Origin: Bugula neritina
Lineage: Eukaryota; Animalia; Bryozoa
Direction: 5' to 3'
Assembly: GCA_964035545.1 (NCBI GenBank)
Contig: OZ037769.1
Coordinates: 6,677,929 to 6,741,928, forward strand
DNA length: 64,000 nt
The translations under genes were made by a program, and so were the position numbers. Within the stretch, counting starts at the first letter, position 1; each line of letters starts with the position of its first letter. Shown here piece after piece: positions 60,301 through 64,000 of this stretch. Under the pieces are notes generated by a model. The model had not been told where the DNA came from. It saw only the letters and a program-made list of their open reading frames with translations, and made no database searches.

Positions 60301-63300
60301 TATAGTTGAAAGAGAATTTGCTACGTGTTTTCTACTCTGTAATAGGACAGTGTATTTTGCTCTATCATGTTATGTTAGAATTCTACAAGCTAGAGCCCTG
60401 TATTGTTGCGTATAATGTTTCTAGCCCAGTCTCAACAGGACCTAGCTGTAATAATAGACTGCTTGGAATACCTGAAAGAGACTACCTTGACCGACCCCTT
60501 TCCACTAAAGACTGAGAGGTATGTTCTGTAATGTGTTCTTCATTATCCCTTGTTTATAGTACAATGCTAAACACATTGCCTTGCTAAACGGGCTAGTATT
60601 TACATTCAAGTATCTAGGTATCAAATTGAGCAGCCGTGGTCTAGGGGTTAGAGCGTTTGCCTAGTAAACACAAGGTCATGGGTTCGAGCCCAGACAAAGG
60701 CCATTGGTGATGTTAGGAAGAGCATCCAATCATAATTGCTCCTGTACCTCATCTAAATAAGTCCTTATTCCGATTTAGCAAAAATCCCTTTCCATCAGGG
60801 GTTTTCTTCTAGGGATGGTGACTATGAACTTGAGTTTTATCTAGGTGTCAACTTGGGCTAATGTAATAATAAAACAGCTCTAATGTATCTGGAAAAGCTC
60901 TGATATGTTTATGCTGTAATTTTGATAACCAGCATTTCTAATTATATAAACAGGAGATCTTGTGTTTGTGCAGGTGGTTGAGGAAGGAGTTCTATGAGCT
61001 AAGAGGTAAAACGGACACCGTGACATTCGGCGACATTAAAAAATGGCTCACCAAGTCTTACTATAGAATTAGTAGCAACAAACTCAGGGATCATTTTAAG
61101 GTTGGTTTAATATAAAATGCTACTACATTTCTAAGTTTCTTTCAATAACACGTTTCTTCTGTGTGTTTAGTTCTCTATACTCAACTAATGGCTGCTTCCC
61201 ACTCAATTTCAAGTAAGTCCACAGTGATTGGCGAGAATCTATCAATTGATATGGAAGATTAAAACAGTTTCCTGTAATATTCTCAGTAGCCAATCAGAAG
61301 ACAGCTTTCCTAAAAGTTTTGCAGCACTAAGAATCTAGTACTCTATTTTATAGCCTGAGTCATTTAGAAGCTAAGATTTCTAATACCTTGAACTACTTGG
61401 TTATCAGCCATAAGGAGGGTCAAAGCTAGCCAAGAAAAATCCTATTATGTTGTTCCAATGATGGAATTTGCTTGCTAAAACTAATTGTAGCTGTTTTTGG
61501 CACCTGCTAGCACCTGTCGGCATGTGTGTAAAACTGCAACCTGTAATTTCTTGGCACTCCTAGTTGACTGTTGAATTTGATGGCAAGAAAGACATCATTT
61601 TGATCATGTAGCTGATGAAGCTTCACTCTACTTCACTACTGTATTTGTTTTTGTATCAAGTTTTATTCCATGTTTCTATATTTTCCATAAATTAGGGAGA
61701 CTAACAACATTGTTGAGAATTGTATTGAATTTTTATAAAGACAATTGGTACATAGTAAGACATGTTTTGGGATATTTAGAATACATAGCGTATCACAGTA
61801 ACTAATTTAACAACATTTAACAGTTAAAAGGAATGAGGAAAAAGTGGGGTCTTAGTCAATTTACTTTCAACAAGGAAGTTAGAGATAAGCAATATATTCT
61901 GCTGTGTCAGTGGTGCTTCAGCTACCAAATACTGCACAAATTGAACTCAGGATGAGTTGTATAGACACTGTTGAAACTTTGGCTCAAGATTTAGCATCCA
62001 CTAGGCAGGCTGTACTTTTAAATACCGCTAGAAGCAGCACCACATTAGGGGTGACTGAGTACAGTATTTGTATACACATTGTTGTCCAAACTCCTAATCA
62101 ATGCACTCAGTGACCACCAACTCAATGCTGCTTCAAGCGATTTTTATACTGTTTATTGATGAGGCTTTATTTTTATCGGAAATATATTTATTTTTCTACA
62201 TTGGAATAAGGGTGGTTATATTCGTGCCCCAGTATTTAACTCCGGTATGGTTGTGATAGAGTATAGACTATTCCTAGGTTACTATTCTGTAAGGTGAGGA
62301 ATTGGTGTTGTAGGCGTGTCGTCTAAGCCCTGATGATCCTGTAGTCTACCAGGATTTCTTCAACATATATCAACGAATAATGTACCCATCCAAACTATTT
62401 ACTGATTACTTTGATATCTACAGTTCTCGAGACACCCAAGAGTGAGTGCATCATGTACTATACATGAACCTAGTATTACACGTCATTGATATGATTGAGT
62501 AAGGTGGAGATTTTAGCTATTCCATTCATCAGTCATGTACTAAGAGCTATGAATGCTGTTTTACATTTTTCTGTCCACTAAAAGCTGCCTCAACTTTGAA
62601 TCATTTATATGTCATGCTGGAAGTAATAAAACTGTGAGCAGCTAAAAATATTTTAAATAATTTCTATCATTGAATTCATGCAAGTGGTTTAGATTTTCGG
62701 TGGCACTACTTCATGCAAAATGAACTTTATGTATGTTATAAATGTGCACGTTGTACCTCGTGATCCTAGCCAGTAGAATATAATTGACAGTATAGTAACT
62801 CATAGTTAAGTGTGTATTATATTATCCTGTACTTGTACAGTATAGTAACTCATAGTTAGATGTAGATTATATTATCCTGTACTTGTACAGTATAGTAACT
62901 CATAGTTAGATGTAGATTATATTATCCTGTACTTGTACAGTATAGTAACTCATAGTTAGATGTAGATTATATTATCCTGTACTTGTACAGTATAGTAACT
63001 CATAGTTAGATGTAGATTATATTATCCTGTGCTTGCAGCCCTTTGCCAATGGTGGATGCCGAACGATTCGCATCATTTCTGCAGACTGAGAATCACGAGA
63101 TGACTAACGAGGCGGCAGCTTCCAAGCTGATGTTTGCTCTAATGGATGATCCTAGTAAATCACCCAGCAGTATTAAATTCTCATCTATAGAGGTTGGTCA
63201 CTGCTAATCTCTCCTCAATCTCCTGCTTTCTTGTTCATCATTATAACACGGTGAGGGAGGGTGACAAATGCCCCATCTCTGGGCAGAATGTCAAAAGATC

Positions 63301-63928
63301 TTTGCACTGCTCACGGTTAAAAACATTTTTGGTTGAAATAACTTACTTCCTCTCTTCAATAAGTAGTGGTAGATATGGTTAAGGAAGATTGCCCTGCTGT
63401 TTTTCTTTTATTCAAGTGTTGCTTGATTAAAGGGGAAAACTTTTAGGACTTCGCTGGTTTTATAATTAGCTACTTGCACTGTTTTACACGTTATGTACTT
63501 GGAATTTTGTTTTATCAGTTATCATTGTTTGCCTTTTTGAAACTTTCATGTTTATAGTTTTATTCTTTGGAAAAAATTCAAACCAAAACTGCATGTTTCA
63601 ATGGGCCACAAACTATTACTTGTTTTGCACTCTGCTATTTCTCTTAGATTAAATTGATTTCAGTTCAAGAGTGATTTATATATAATTATATACGCTTCAC
63701 TTTTCTACTGAAATGATTTATAGTGTACTGTGCCCGCTATGGTAAAGCTATTATATCTGCACTAGTATAGCATGCTAAATGTTATCCATCCAACAATGGT
63801 TTGTATTTACAGTTTCTGAATTACCTTTTTTCTTCTGAGAACTCTATTTGGGACCAGAACACAGCTAAAATATATCAAGACATGGACCAGCCACTATCCC
63901 ACTATTTTATAGCTTCCTCACACAATAC
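57386..63928 (+). CDS. PLCG: Phospholipase C-gamma, 5' part (PH domain, EF-hands, start of catalytic X box); continues beyond the window
   Basis: Exons 57386-57441, 59482-59588 (FKVRLETRELIW), 60057-60203 (DLRLLKEIRP...CFSLHYGDEFVLKHLALQ), 60425-60518, 60974-61100 (WLRKEFY), 62314-62441, 63039-63192, 63813-63928 (FLNYLFSSENSIWD....DMDQPLSHYFIASSHNT). Confidence 0.92.
58023..58232 (+). mobile_element. tRNA-derived SINE, copy 1
   Basis: A box CGGTCTAAGGG, B box GGTTCGAACTCC, shared body; TSD-like ATCTGAA flanks. Confidence 0.88.
59156..59389 (+). mobile_element. tRNA-derived SINE, copy 2
   Basis: A and B boxes, shared body; TSD GGGATGAACAT (59145-59155, 59390-59400). Confidence 0.9.
59885..60056. 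repeat. ~21-bp degenerate repeat (TTCTGYAYATTTCACTTTG) ending in a PLCG splice acceptor
   Basis: The last unit reads TTCTGCATATTTCAG|. Confidence 0.8.
60628..60837 (+). mobile_element. tRNA-derived SINE, copy 3
   Basis: A box TGGTCTAGGGG, B box GGTTCGAGCCC, anticodon-like loop CT-AGT-AA (Thr); 17-bp TSD TATCTAGGT(A/G)TCAA(A/C)TT. Confidence 0.9.
62787..63038. repeat. 50-bp tandem repeat x5 ending in a PLCG splice acceptor
   Basis: TATAGTAACT recurs at 62791, 62841, 62891, 62941 and 62991; the last unit ends CCTGTGCTTGCAG|. Confidence 0.95.
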
Positions 63929-64000
63929 GTACGTTGTTTTCTCTCATATATATGCTAGAAGATTTGGTAGAGCTTATATATTAGTAGTAAACTTCTGTCA

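Noticed and set aside
58023-60837. Possible tRNA-Thr genes
   Set aside because: Acceptor and anticodon stems are broken, and each head continues into a shared body flanked by TSDs, so these are SINEs.
62787-63038. CRISPR-like array
   Set aside because: Repeats are contiguous with no unique spacers, and the context is a eukaryotic intron.

Overview
AT-rich, intron-rich genomic DNA from an invertebrate animal; no prokaryotic features. The first ~27 kb appears to be one giant intron (206-26948) of a DALRD3 gene, filled with nested mobile elements. (1) A decayed Maverick/Polinton endogenous virus (677-15050; AGT...ACT termini, ~108-bp TIRs, TATATA TSD) retains protease, major capsid, a small amphipathic core-like protein, penton, integrase and an ATPase fragment, but no recognisable pPolB. 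It is interrupted by a solo LTR, an RTE fragment, a chimeric BEL/Pao remnant and a spliced Sola1-like transposase fragment. (2) An 11.3-kb Sola2-type DNA transposon (15538-26867) contains a nearly full-length CR1-group LINE and a piggyBac-like non-autonomous element. The rest of the window holds the remaining DALRD3 exons, nested hAT elements, a two-exon coiled-coil gene (possibly INSYN1/Largen-like), a spliced 65-aa secreted-peptide gene absent from the ORF track (minus strand), a 15-exon SLC6 transporter with an atypical substrate pocket, and the 5' part of a phospholipase C-gamma gene with three tRNA-derived SINEs. Several tandem repeats appear to have grown out of splice sites or a stop codon. 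All protein-family calls come from motif recognition by eye, not from database searches; boundaries of decayed fragments are approximate.
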